A DNA stretch of 64,000 nucleotides from the NCBI GenBank assembly GCA_041665345.1, contig JBAYJA010000001.1:9206-73205 (forward strand). Direction: 5' to 3'. The DNA comes from Patescibacteria group bacterium (GTDB lineage Bacteria; Patescibacteriota; Patescibacteriia; PEXW01). The notes under the pieces were generated by a model. It was not told the origin of the DNA and ran no database searches. It worked only from the letters and a program-made list of their open reading frames with translations. The translations under genes were made by a program, and so were the position numbers. Shown piece by piece: positions 43,995 to 53,728 of the stretch. The first letter of the stretch is position 1, and each line of letters starts with the position of its first letter.

Positions 43995-44717
43995 TTATGC
44001 GTGGATGGGCAATCGGTTCAGGTACAGCAGCGCGCGGAGGGTTACCCCAACGGCACACTCTTCGTACGCCTGCCCGTTGCGAATGAGCATCAGCCACTCC
44101 GATACGGGCATGACCACTGCCTTAAGGAGGCCACGTGACTCGAGTTTCGATATCTTGCGCACAATGGGCAGCTTGGGAATACCCAGAAATGGGTAGTACC
44201 CCTGTGTCAGCTGTCGCGTGGAGACCCCAACGAGTTGCTGGCTCAGGGGAATGACGCGCTCGAGCTCAATACCTACTTCCTGGCGCAGAGTTCGTACAGC
44301 GCACGCCGCAAATGGGTCATCGCTTGCACAATCATCTGGAGTCGGTACGCCTGAGGGAGGCGAAATGCTCACCGCTTCAATGCCCTGTTTCCACTCACAC
44401 ACCAGGAGTACCAGATCATCAGTGCCATGGGGATTCGGCAATAGGGTGAAAGTGGTTTGCCAATTCCTCCCCGTCGCCCGGAACGCTACGTAGCGTTGTC
44501 CGTTATTCGGTTTGCAGAAGATGACTGCTTGGCTCTTGGGTGCGAATTGACCTAAGTCACGACGTTCGGCTGCCGAAAGATTTCGTTCGGCGTACTCCGG
44601 CAAGGGGATAGGCCCCTCGACGGTTTTCCATGGCACAATGCCGCTCTCCTGCAGAACTTCGTAGACGTTGTTCGCGCAGACGAGTGGGAACCCGTAGGCC
44701 TGTTCTTGGGGTGTCAA
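43995..44717 (-). CDS. NUDIX-like paralog 2 with a degenerate Nudix box.
   Basis: Homologous N-terminus FPLVCANNVYEVLQESGI. The Nudix box has decayed to AVRTLRQEVGIEL (RE to RT, EE to QE). Confidence 0.45.
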   Translation of the reverse strand: MTPQEQAYGFPLVCANNVYEVLQESGIVPWKTVEGPIPLPEYAERNLSAAERRDLGQFAPKSQAVIFCKPNNGQRYVAFRATGRNWQTTFTLLPNPHGTDDLVLLVCEWKQGIEAVSISPPSGVPTPDDCASDDPFAACAVRTLRQEVGIELERVIPLSQQLVGVSTRQLTQGYYPFLGIPKLPIVRKISKLESRGLLKAVVMPVSEWLMLIRNGQAYEECAVGVTLRALLYLNRLPIHA

Positions 44718-44808
44718 GGTATCTCCTTTTGCCTATTCTTTTTTTGCTTTTTTATTCCAATCACCGTATCATATATTTAGCAATTCGTCAACCCATCAGG
44801 AGGGGACT

Positions 44809-45180
44809 ATGCCCAAACACCCAAAGAAAGTCTTTGAAGAAAAAATGACCGTTGGTGACCGGATTGCCGCAATCATTGCGCGGTTTACCGGTAACATGGC
44901 CTTCGTCTGGTGGCATGCGTTTTTGTTCGTCCTGTGGATTGGGTTGAACATTGCAGCAGGTGAGCTGGCTTGGGATCCGTACCCATTTAACTTTCTCACC
45001 ATGGTGGTTTCGTTGGAAGCAATTTTCCTCTCCACCTTTGTTTTGATTGCGCAAAACCGAGAATCACGGAAAAATGAAATTCGGGAACAGCTGGACTACG
45101 AAGTGAACGTCAAAGCGGAAAAAGAAATCCAAGAAATAAAAAAATTACTGCAACTACTCAGCCGTACCAAGCGCAAGTAA
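44809..45180 (+). CDS. DUF1003 family membrane protein.
   Basis: DRIAAIIARFTG...WDPYPF...LEAIFLSTFVLIAQNR matches the DUF1003 signature. Confidence 0.6.
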   Translation: MPKHPKKVFEEKMTVGDRIAAIIARFTGNMAFVWWHAFLFVLWIGLNIAAGELAWDPYPFNFLTMVVSLEAIFLSTFVLIAQNRESRKNEIREQLDYEVNVKAEKEIQEIKKLLQLLSRTKRK

Positions 45181-45233
45181 GGGATAGCGGCGTGGTTGAC
45201 GGCACAGGTTTTTTCTGCTATACTGCATGCAGA

Positions 45234-46520
45234 ATGGAAAAACAAAAAGCCACACGCACAGTGCTGCTGAGCCTGGGACTTCTCGTCGCCGGGTGGTTTT
45301 TGTTTCACGCACCTGCAGCATTTGCTCTGGACACGGCAGGTGTCTACGCACCAAAAGTTGGCGGTAATGTTCTAGATCAACCTATGCTGGTGGCTGGCAT
45401 TGCGCCGGTGAACAGCACGGTGTTCGTTTTTGTTGACGGGAAACTCTTGGGTGCCACCAAGACTGTGAAACCCAAAACGAAGAAAGCCACGACAGCAGCA
45501 TTCTCCTTTACCTATAAGAAGCGGATTGGCGTAGGGAACCACACGTTGCAAACGCAGGTGGTTCGTGGGAAGGAAAAAAGTGATTGGACTCGGCAAACAT
45601 TTATTGTGCCCAAAAACTGGCCCCGCAAACTTGATGGCATGATGGTGGCCACCCAGTACTGGAACCAGTTGCCCTACGGCATCATGATTGAAAATACTCC
45701 GGCGGCACGACCGCAAGCCGGGATGAGCCAAGCATCCGTGGTGTATGAAACCTTGGCCGAAGGCGGCGTCACGCGTTTCCTGGCAATTTTTCCCCAGGCT
45801 GTGCGGCCGAAGTCCGTTGGTCCTGTACGATCCAGCCGTCCGTACTACGTGGACTGGGCTAAAGAATACGACGCAATCTACATGCATGCAGGCGGCAGCC
45901 GAGATGCCTTAAATGAAATTGGCGCATTGAAAGTTCGCTCCTTTGACGGGTTGACGCGCAAGGGTGCGCCATACGTGACGCGGAAGTGCTACGGTGTGCA
46001 CTGCTTGTTTACTGATGCTTCACGTTTGCTCAAGTTGGTACAGAATAACAAGCTTACGAACGTGAATGCAATTTCTACCGGGAGCTTATTCAAGAGTGAT
46101 TTCACCTTCGCGCAGCGGCCCAATCATAAAAAAACTATTTCTATTGATTTCAATGGCCGAACCTACCGGGTGGACTGGACGTACGACCGCAAGACCAACC
46201 GGTACTACCGAAAGAACGGTGGCGTGGTAGCGAAAGATCGGAATACTGGCAAGCAAATCAACGCCGCAAACATTTTGGTGCAAAGGGTACCCAAGGAAAA
46301 AGTGCTTGATCGCAAGGGTCGCATTAGTTTGAAGTTGACTGGGAAGGGTGATGCGACATTATTCCGTGATGGCCAATCCATTGCTATGCGTTGGGAGAAG
46401 AAGAACGCCAGTGCCAAAACGCGGTTCTTCGTCAAGAGTTCAGGGAAGGAAGTGGAATTCAACCGCGGTGCCACGTGGATTGAGGTTGTGCCTGGCACGC
46501 GGAAGGTAACGTATAAGTAG
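45234..46520 (+). CDS. DUF3048 (YerB-like) secreted or lipoprotein-like protein.
   Basis: IENTPAARPQAGMSQASVVYE is the DUF3048 hallmark. It has an N-terminal TM/signal. Start chosen at MEKQK (45234). Confidence 0.6.
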   Translation: MEKQKATRTVLLSLGLLVAGWFLFHAPAAFALDTAGVYAPKVGGNVLDQPMLVAGIAPVNSTVFVFVDGKLLGATKTVKPKTKKATTAAFSFTYKKRIGVGNHTLQTQVVRGKEKSDWTRQTFIVPKNWPRKLDGMMVATQYWNQLPYGIMIENTPAARPQAGMSQASVVYETLAEGGVTRFLAIFPQAVRPKSVGPVRSSRPYYVDWAKEYDAIYMHAGGSRDALNEIGALKVRSFDGLTRKGAPYVTRKCYGVHCLFTDASRLLKLVQNNKLTNVNAISTGSLFKSDFTFAQRPNHKKTISIDFNGRTYRVDWTYDRKTNRYYRKNGGVVAKDRNTGKQINAANILVQRVPKEKVLDRKGRISLKLTGKGDATLFRDGQSIAMRWEKKNASAKTRFFVKSSGKEVEFNRGATWIEVVPGTRKVTYK

Positions 46521-46521
46521 A

Positions 46522-47394
46522 ATGTTTCAGGTGTTTCCAAAATTGAAGGCAGAACTATTTATTTTTTACGCAACACTATCGATAGCGGCAGCGCTTGATT
46601 TTTTACTTATCAAGTACTTGCATGAGGATACCTCTCTCGGACTAGGAGGTATAGGTGAAGTCATGTTTCTGTTCGTCATCATTTGCCTAGAGGTAGTTGG
46701 CTTTTTGCTCCTCTATCGTAAAAAAATCGGTGGATTTGTATTACTTGTAGTCGCAAATTTATTTCGTGCTTTTGGATTATCAGAAGCTATTCGGTTCCTT
46801 GCAACTGGGTCAACGAAAGGGGAAACCTCAGCTGTGCTCGTGGGGCATGTGGGATCGATAGCCGTTTTTATCCTCATTATTTTGCTTGCCTTATTACTGA
46901 GAGATGAAAATGTCAACAAACCGAAAGACAAAAAACCATTGCATATTCCTCAGCGTTTAGCATTTTCTGCATTTAGCCGACTCACACAAAGGTTCATTGT
47001 CTATACAGGGCTTGTCCTACTGATAATCGACTGTATCCAAGTCTGGTCATTTTTCACTTTTGTTGATCCGCCTGGGTGGAACCCGGCTATCATTTTTGTA
47101 GCAGTAATTTTACAAATAGTTGGCGTACTACTTTTCTTTTATATTCAAGCATACATTGGCCTATCCATACTTGCTATCGGGCACTTTTTTCTACTTTTCT
47201 TCCTTGGCACATCAGCAAACCATGTACTTATTGGTGATCAGTACGCGACAACGCCCGTTGTATCAACCTTTTTTAATCTTGTATGGCTAGCAATACTTAT
47301 CATTATTCCTGTTATCGGAAAGAATTTTTCAAATGAAGCAAGAAAGATTGCTGAAAGCAATGCAAAAGATTCTTCCATGATTGCAAATGTATGA
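46522..47394 (+). CDS. Hypothetical polytopic membrane protein.
   Basis: At least six hydrophobic helices. Confidence 0.4.
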   Translation: MFQVFPKLKAELFIFYATLSIAAALDFLLIKYLHEDTSLGLGGIGEVMFLFVIICLEVVGFLLLYRKKIGGFVLLVVANLFRAFGLSEAIRFLATGSTKGETSAVLVGHVGSIAVFILIILLALLLRDENVNKPKDKKPLHIPQRLAFSAFSRLTQRFIVYTGLVLLIIDCIQVWSFFTFVDPPGWNPAIIFVAVILQIVGVLLFFYIQAYIGLSILAIGHFFLLFFLGTSANHVLIGDQYATTPVVSTFFNLVWLAILIIIPVIGKNFSNEARKIAESNAKDSSMIANV

Positions 47395-47798
47395 AAAAAA
47401 TATTTTTCATCATTCTTCCACTTGTTTTCATTCTCTCCGCCTGCACACTTGGAGATAAAGTGACGAATACGGTGAACGAAGTGGAAAATGATACGGGGAC
47501 GCTCGTCAACAAAGCAACCGGCGTGACCGACCTGGCTACCAAAGCCGCAGCAGATTTGGCGTTTGCCAAAGCCCGGGCAACGCAGTTCTACTCATCTCTG
47601 AAAGCGCAGGGCGAAGACCTTACCAATGGCCCTTGTCTTTCTGATAGCCTGACCACCGGCTGGGTAGCAGATGTGGTGCACAATCCGCGGGAAGCAGTGG
47701 ATGATCTGCCTGCAAACCAGTGCCCAAGCTTTGTGAATGGAACTGCAAAGCACTTTGTGGAATTGGATCTCAACGGGAATTTTGTTCGGGCAAAGTAG
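47391..47798 (+). CDS. Hypothetical lipoprotein.
   Basis: Signal peptide with lipobox LSAC at residues 14-17. It overlaps the upstream gene by 4 nt. Confidence 0.5.
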   Translation: MKKIFFIILPLVFILSACTLGDKVTNTVNEVENDTGTLVNKATGVTDLATKAAADLAFAKARATQFYSSLKAQGEDLTNGPCLSDSLTTGWVADVVHNPREAVDDLPANQCPSFVNGTAKHFVELDLNGNFVRAK

Positions 47799-47955
47799 TT
47801 ATCCACAGTCAGACCTGAGCACCTAATAGTTATGAGGTGTTTCTTTGGCATTTTCTCTTGTGCTTACCGATATAGCTGCTATACTAGAGACATGAAAGAT
47901 CCCTTACGGATCAATTAAAAAAACATTGGTCAGTTAACTAGCCCTTTCGATAAAT

Positions 47956-48603
47956 TTGCGCCCAATCACACATGTGATTGGGCTCTTTCTTTGTGCTAGG
48001 GTTATGGATATGACGTACCACCCCTTAACTATGTTGCGCATTGCCCGCTTTGCTTTTGCAGCGTGGCTGCTGGTGGAAATCCTCAGCTGGGCCGGTATTC
48101 TCCCGTTAACCCTGGAATTTACCTGGCTAGGCTTAGTCCTGACCGCATCCCTGGCGTGGCTGGCATTGGAAGTCATTTCTTGGCGACTGCGGAAGGTTGG
48201 CGCGGGTAACCTCTGGGGTTGGACCTTCCTTGCTGCACTCATCAGCCAGTGCACCGATGCCTTGGGGGACATTCTCCGCTTGTACGGTACACAGGCCTGG
48301 TATGATCAGGCTGCACATTTTGTAGGTGGCGCAGTTGTTGCCTTAGTGTTCTACAACATTTTTCACAACTTGCAGGGACACGGGAGCATGCGTTTGCCAC
48401 CAAGCTGGATGTCTGCTTTTTCCATTTTCAGTGCCATGGCCATTGGCTCACTCTACGAATTGGAAGAGTACGGTGAAGACGTGCTGTTCCATAGCAACCG
48501 GCTAGGCAGTGCCTTTGATACAGGGAACGATATGTTCTTTAATACCATTGGTGCTGTTGTGCTGGTCGTCTGTCTGGTGTACTTCCGGCGAAAACGCGTA
48601 TGA
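47956..48603 (+). CDS. Hypothetical membrane protein.
   Basis: Multiple TM helices. Its stop overlaps the Mur ligase start. Confidence 0.4.
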   Translation: MRPITHVIGLFLCARVMDMTYHPLTMLRIARFAFAAWLLVEILSWAGILPLTLEFTWLGLVLTASLAWLALEVISWRLRKVGAGNLWGWTFLAALISQCTDALGDILRLYGTQAWYDQAAHFVGGAVVALVFYNIFHNLQGHGSMRLPPSWMSAFSIFSAMAIGSLYELEEYGEDVLFHSNRLGSAFDTGNDMFFNTIGAVVLVVCLVYFRRKRV

Positions 48604-49931
48604 GAATGCAGATGCTCAAAAACTTTGTTCCCTCACGAGCAGTGATTGTCTACCATAGCCTCATTGCCAGAGTTGCAGCAGTGCGCGCTGGCCGACCGTC
48701 CAGAAAATTGCTGGTCATTGGAGTGACTGGGACGAAAGGGAAGTCCACAACCGTGGCCATGCTGGCGCACACGCTCACCGTGCTTGGGGAGCGAGTGGCT
48801 TTTTCTTCCACTGTGCAGTGGGGGATGCTGGGGAAGACCTGGCCCAACCGAAGCAAGATGACCATGCCGGGTCGGGGCGAGCTCCAGCGGTTCTTGCAAC
48901 GTGCAGTGCGGGCAGGGTGCACGGCCGTGGTGCTGGAAGTTTCTTCCGAGGGTTTGCGCCAAGGCCGGCACCTTGGCATTGCGTTTGATGGCGCGGTATT
49001 TCTCAACCTCACACCCGAGCACATTGAAGCGCATGGCAGTTTTCGAAACTACCGCCATGCCAAAGAGCGCGTCTTCGCCAGCCTGAACCGCTCCTGGCGA
49101 AAAAAGCTTAATGGGAAATCAATTCCCACGGTCATCGCCGCTAATGTAGACGACCCAAACGCCTTTCACTTCCTGCGGCACGCTGCTGATCAGTACGTCG
49201 CGTGGTCTGTGCAGGGGACGGATGTGCGTACCCTGCCACGTCTCCAGGTGATGCAGGCAACCGATGTCATTGCTGATGCGCAGGGTTGTTCATTCCATTG
49301 CGGGGCTGCCGTAGTTCGCTTCCCTTTGCTGGGTATGCACAATGTGAGTAATGCCATGGGAGTTGTCAGCATCCTGCAGGGTTTTGGGTACGATATCAGC
49401 GCAATAGGAAAAGCACTTTCCTCTTTCACTGGTGTGCCTGGCCGTATGGAAGAAGTCCAGCTGAATGCGCCCTTCCGTGTGTTTGTTGATTACGCGCATG
49501 AGCCAGCGAGTTTGCAAGCTGCGTACGCGGCGGCACGACTTTTACAACCGAAGCGATTACTCGTCCTCCTTGGAAGCCAGGGTGGGGGACGAGACGTTGC
49601 GAAGCGGAGTGTGATGGGTGCGCTGGCCGCAGAACATGCTGACGTCGTCGTGGTTACGAATGAAGATCCGTACGATGAGCAACCGGAAAAAATAATTGCC
49701 GATGTTGCTGATGCCGCAGCGTCCGTTGGCAAAGCAATTGTGTACCGCATCACTGATCGTCGAGAAGCAATTCTTCGTATGCTCCAACTAGCAAAACCCG
49801 GTGACGTACTCCTCCTCACGGGCAAAGGTGGGGAAGAAGTGATGGCTGTCGCTGGTGGGAAACTGGTTCCCTGGGATGACCGAAGGGTAATACACGAAGA
49901 GTTTGAGAATCTAGCAAAACGCGCAAATTGA
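48600..49931 (+). CDS. Mur ligase family protein, MurE-like UDP-N-acetylmuramoyl-tripeptide synthetase.
   Basis: ATP-binding IGVTGTKGKSTT, a central Mur ligase domain, and a C-terminal DvvvvTNEDPY...LLTGKGGE typical of MurE. The N-terminal domain is short. Confidence 0.65.
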   Translation: MRMQMLKNFVPSRAVIVYHSLIARVAAVRAGRPSRKLLVIGVTGTKGKSTTVAMLAHTLTVLGERVAFSSTVQWGMLGKTWPNRSKMTMPGRGELQRFLQRAVRAGCTAVVLEVSSEGLRQGRHLGIAFDGAVFLNLTPEHIEAHGSFRNYRHAKERVFASLNRSWRKKLNGKSIPTVIAANVDDPNAFHFLRHAADQYVAWSVQGTDVRTLPRLQVMQATDVIADAQGCSFHCGAAVVRFPLLGMHNVSNAMGVVSILQGFGYDISAIGKALSSFTGVPGRMEEVQLNAPFRVFVDYAHEPASLQAAYAAARLLQPKRLLVLLGSQGGGRDVAKRSVMGALAAEHADVVVVTNEDPYDEQPEKIIADVADAAASVGKAIVYRITDRREAILRMLQLAKPGDVLLLTGKGGEEVMAVAGGKLVPWDDRRVIHEEFENLAKRAN

Positions 49932-50303
49932 ACCTAGGAATCTTCGCAAAGACCCTATAAATACAGGGGAATATCTTTGTCGGAAGTTATCCACACCCTC
50001 GTCCACACCCCCACCCTTGACAAGCAAGGGGTTTTTCTCGTACATTCCATTTATCCACATCTTGCTCTCCCCACACTTTTGTGTTGGGGGTATTGAGCCG
50101 CCCCCCAGATAATGACGGGGCAGAAGAAGCCACCAATGGCGCAATCATAAAAAACGTCGTAACGGATATAGCTTTCCGGAATTCGCATTGAACGGAAAGG
50201 CATTTTTGTAGTCTGCTCCGGCACCGCTTGACGGCCCTTGCATTCTCCGCATCCCTTCCTTCCACTTTTTCGTTTTTTCTTCCCAACGTTTCCCCCCACA
50301 CGT

Positions 50304-53300
50304 ATGTCGAAGAAGCGCCACTACATTCGCCACGAAGGTTCACAGACCCATGCCAACCGGCAGACCTTCACCGACCTCCACGCCGCCATTGCGCTGCCGG
50401 ATCTCATTGAGATTCAGAAGCGGAGTTACCAATGGTTCTTTGAGGAAGGTCTGAAGGAGCTGTTTGATGAAATTTCGCCCATCCGCGATTTCATCGGCCG
50501 GGATTTGGAACTTTCCTTCCAGAGTTACTACCTGGATGAGCCGCGTTTCGACGAGCTCACCGCCAAGGCGAAGAATGTCACCTTTGAATCACCGCTCCGC
50601 GTTTCCACCAAGCTGATTAACAAGAAGACCGGGGAAATTAAAGAGCAGGAAATTTACCTGGGTGACTTTCCGCTGATGACCGAGCGGGGGACGTTCATCA
50701 TTAACGGCATTGAGCGCGTGGTGGTAAGCCAGCTGATTCGTTCCGCCGGTGTGTTCTTCACGTCCGAGTTTATCCGCGGCCGCCGCTACTACGGGGCGAA
50801 GATCATTCCCAACCGTGGCGCCTGGCTGGAATTTGAAACGGATGCCCAGGATGTCATGTGGGTGAAAATTGACCGCAAGCGCAAAGCGCCCGTCACCGCC
50901 CTGCTGCGCGCGTTTGGCTTTGGGATGAACGAAGAGCTTATTGACTTGTTCAAGGATATTGATACGAACCCTGACCATCGCTTCTTGGACGCCACCATTA
51001 CCAAAGATCCCAGTCGCACAGAAGCAGATGGGTTGAAGGAAGTGTACAAGCGCATTCGCCCAGGCGATTTGGCTACCACGGACAACGCCCGGGAACTCAT
51101 TACCAAGATGTTTTTCAGCTTTGACCGGTACGACTTTGGTCGGGTGGGGCGCTACAAGCTGAACCAGCGCTTCAACTTCAACTTTGCGAATGATAAGGAG
51201 CACCGCGTGCTGCAGAAGGATGACCTGGTGGCTATCCTCCGCGAAATCATTCACCTGAACAATACCCAGAAGGATGCGGACGACATTGACCACCTGGGCA
51301 ATCGCCGCGTCCGGGCGATTGGCGAACTCGTCCAGAATAAATTCCGCGTGGGGCTGTCCCGCATGGAGCGTATTATCAAAGATCGCATGTCCACCTTGGA
51401 CATTACGACCATTACCCCAAACCAGCTGATCAATGCGCGGCCGATCATTGGGTCCATTAAAGAATTCTTCATGTCCTCGCAGCTCTCGCAGTTCATGGAC
51501 CAGACCAATCCGCTGGCAGAACTGGAGCACAAGCGTCGGCTCTCCGCCATGGGGCCCGGTGGGTTGTCCCGCGAGCGTGCCGGGTTTGACGTTCGCGACG
51601 TGCACCGCACACACTATGGCCGCATTTGCCCCATTGCCACCCCCGAAGGTCCAAACATTGGTTTGGTCGGCCACCTCTCCAGCTACGCGCGGGTGAATGA
51701 CTTTGGTTTCATTGAAACCCCATTCCGCAAAGTCATTAACACCGTTCCCAATGATGGGAAGGCAGCCGTGGGTGAAATTGCCCGTGAAGCGGTAGAAGGC
51801 ATTGTGAAAGCCGGCGACAAGATTTCTGACACGCAGGCAAAAGCTCTGGCGAAGACCACAGCGGAAACCATTTTGGTGAAAGGCCGGGTAACCAAAGACG
51901 TACAGTACTTGGATGCCTTTACCGAAGAGCGACACGTCACCGCTGCAGCCACCACGCCCATTGGCGAAGATGGCTACTTCCTGACCGAGCGCACGGAAAT
52001 CCGCATGCACGGTGAACCGACCACCGGGTCAACGGACAAGATTGACTACCTGGATGTGGCGCCAAACCAAATTATTTCCATTGCCACTTCCCTCATTCCG
52101 TTCGTGGAGCATGATGACGCGGCTCGCGCCTTGATGGGCACGAACATGCAACGCCAGTCCGTTTCCTTGGTGAAGCCCTCCGCGCCTTTCGTGGGCACCG
52201 GCGTGGAAGCCCGCGCTGCTCAAGACTCCGGTCAGGTGGTGCTGGCCAAGCAGGCAGGTGTGGTGACCGCTGTGGATGCCAACCATGTGGAAGTCCTGGA
52301 AGATGATGGCACGCTTCGCTCGTACCGGTTGGGCAAGTTCGTCCGGTCCAATGCTTCAACTTCCATGAACCAGAAGCCCATTGTGGACAAGCACCAGAAG
52401 GTAGCAGCTGGCGATGTGCTGGCAGACGGTGCAGCCACGGACCGCGGTGAATTGGCCTTGGGGCAGAATATGGTGGTGGCCTTCATTCCGTGGGAAGGTG
52501 GCAACTACGAAGACGCTGTGCTCATTTCCGAGCGCGTGGTGCAGCAGGATCGGTACACCTCCATTCACATTGAAGACTTTGTCATTGACGTGCGCGACAC
52601 CAAGCTGGGGCCTGAAGTGGTAACCCGCGACATTCCCAACATTGGGGAAGAGAAGTTGCGGAACTTGGATGAAGAGGGGATTGTCCGCATTGGCGCGCAA
52701 GTGTCATCCGGTGATATCCTGGTGGGCAAAATTACGCCCAAAGGTGAAACCGAACTCTCTGCAGAAGAGAAGTTGCTTCGCGCCATCTTCGGCGAAAAAG
52801 CCAAAGACGTGAAGGACAGCTCCCTCTACCTGGAGCATGGCGAGCACGGCAAAGTGGTGGACATTAAAATTTTCTCCCGCGAGAAGGGTGACAAGCTCCC
52901 CTCCGGCGTCATTAAGAGCATCCAAGTGTCGGTGGCACAGCTCCGCAAAATCCAGGTGGGTGACAAGATGGCCGGACGGCACGGGAACAAGGGCGTCATT
53001 TCCCGCATCGTGGCCGTGGAAGATATGCCTGCCTTGCCGGATGGCACACCCGTTGACATTATTCTCAACCCGCTGGGTGTGGCCTCTCGTATGAACATTG
53101 GCCAGATTATGGAAGTACACTTGGGGATGGCCGCCAAGACCTTAGGCTACCGCGTGGTCAGCCCGCCCTTGGATGGTGTACCCGAAGATGTCATTCGCCA
53201 GCAGCTGACCAAAGCTGGGTTGCCCACCACCGGCAAAGTCCGTTTAGTGGACGGCCGCACGGGTGAAGAGTTTGAACAAGCCGTGACCGTGGGCGTGATG

Positions 53301-53717
53301 TACATGATGAAGCTCATCCACATGGTGGAAGACAAAATCCACCAGCGTTCCATTGGGCCATACTCCTTGGTGACGCAGCAGCCATTGGGCGGCAAAGCCC
53401 AGTTTGGTGGCCAGCGCTTTGGAGAAATGGAAGTGTGGGCACTGCAAGCCTACGGTGCTGCACACATGCTGCAGGAAATGCTCACCATCAAGTCTGATGA
53501 CGTGGTGGGTCGCAGCAAAGCCTACGAGTCCATTATCAAAGGTGAGCCTATTCAGAAGCTGAACATTCCCGAAGCCTTCAATGTGCTGGTGCGGGAACTC
53601 AAAGGTCTGTGCTTGGACGTGGAACTTCTGGGTGCGCAAACTGCGCCCTTGGAAGAAGCCGTGCCTGTGCTACCTGATCCCACGCTCGTCCCGCCGCCAA
53701 CGTCTCCGGACGCCTAA
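50304..53717 (+). CDS. rpoB: DNA-directed RNA polymerase subunit beta.
   Basis: Start refined to ATG 50304 (MSKKRHYIRHEGS). Conserved rpoB blocks are present throughout, including GDKMAGRHGNKGV and NIGQIMEVHLG. Confidence 0.95.
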   Translation: MSKKRHYIRHEGSQTHANRQTFTDLHAAIALPDLIEIQKRSYQWFFEEGLKELFDEISPIRDFIGRDLELSFQSYYLDEPRFDELTAKAKNVTFESPLRVSTKLINKKTGEIKEQEIYLGDFPLMTERGTFIINGIERVVVSQLIRSAGVFFTSEFIRGRRYYGAKIIPNRGAWLEFETDAQDVMWVKIDRKRKAPVTALLRAFGFGMNEELIDLFKDIDTNPDHRFLDATITKDPSRTEADGLKEVYKRIRPGDLATTDNARELITKMFFSFDRYDFGRVGRYKLNQRFNFNFANDKEHRVLQKDDLVAILREIIHLNNTQKDADDIDHLGNRRVRAIGELVQNKFRVGLSRMERIIKDRMSTLDITTITPNQLINARPIIGSIKEFFMSSQLSQFMDQTNPLAELEHKRRLSAMGPGGLSRERAGFDVRDVHRTHYGRICPIATPEGPNIGLVGHLSSYARVNDFGFIETPFRKVINTVPNDGKAAVGEIAREAVEGIVKAGDKISDTQAKALAKTTAETILVKGRVTKDVQYLDAFTEERHVTAAATTPIGEDGYFLTERTEIRMHGEPTTGSTDKIDYLDVAPNQIISIATSLIPFVEHDDAARALMGTNMQRQSVSLVKPSAPFVGTGVEARAAQDSGQVVLAKQAGVVTAVDANHVEVLEDDGTLRSYRLGKFVRSNASTSMNQKPIVDKHQKVAAGDVLADGAATDRGELALGQNMVVAFIPWEGGNYEDAVLISERVVQQDRYTSIHIEDFVIDVRDTKLGPEVVTRDIPNIGEEKLRNLDEEGIVRIGAQVSSGDILVGKITPKGETELSAEEKLLRAIFGEKAKDVKDSSLYLEHGEHGKVVDIKIFSREKGDKLPSGVIKSIQVSVAQLRKIQVGDKMAGRHGNKGVISRIVAVEDMPALPDGTPVDIILNPLGVASRMNIGQIMEVHLGMAAKTLGYRVVSPPLDGVPEDVIRQQLTKAGLPTTGKVRLVDGRTGEEFEQAVTVGVMYMMKLIHMVEDKIHQRSIGPYSLVTQQPLGGKAQFGGQRFGEMEVWALQAYGAAHMLQEMLTIKSDDVVGRSKAYESIIKGEPIQKLNIPEAFNVLVRELKGLCLDVELLGAQTAPLEEAVPVLPDPTLVPPPTSPDA

Positions 53718-53728
53718 CCGCCACGACC

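Noticed and set aside
49932-50303. A structured ncRNA in the 370-nt region upstream of rpoB.
   Set aside because: It contains a TTGACA/TACATT promoter and a C-rich leader, but nothing resembling tmRNA, RNase P, SRP or 6S signatures. It is more likely a long rpoB leader.
50589-52010. Long antisense ORFs inside rpoB, rpoC, uvrB, polA and recA, for example 50589-52010(-), 54752-55816(-), 56498-57460(-), 17303-18064(+) and 61927-62823(-).
   Set aside because: These are shadow ORFs produced by high-GC codon bias opposite strongly supported conserved genes. They carry no motifs.
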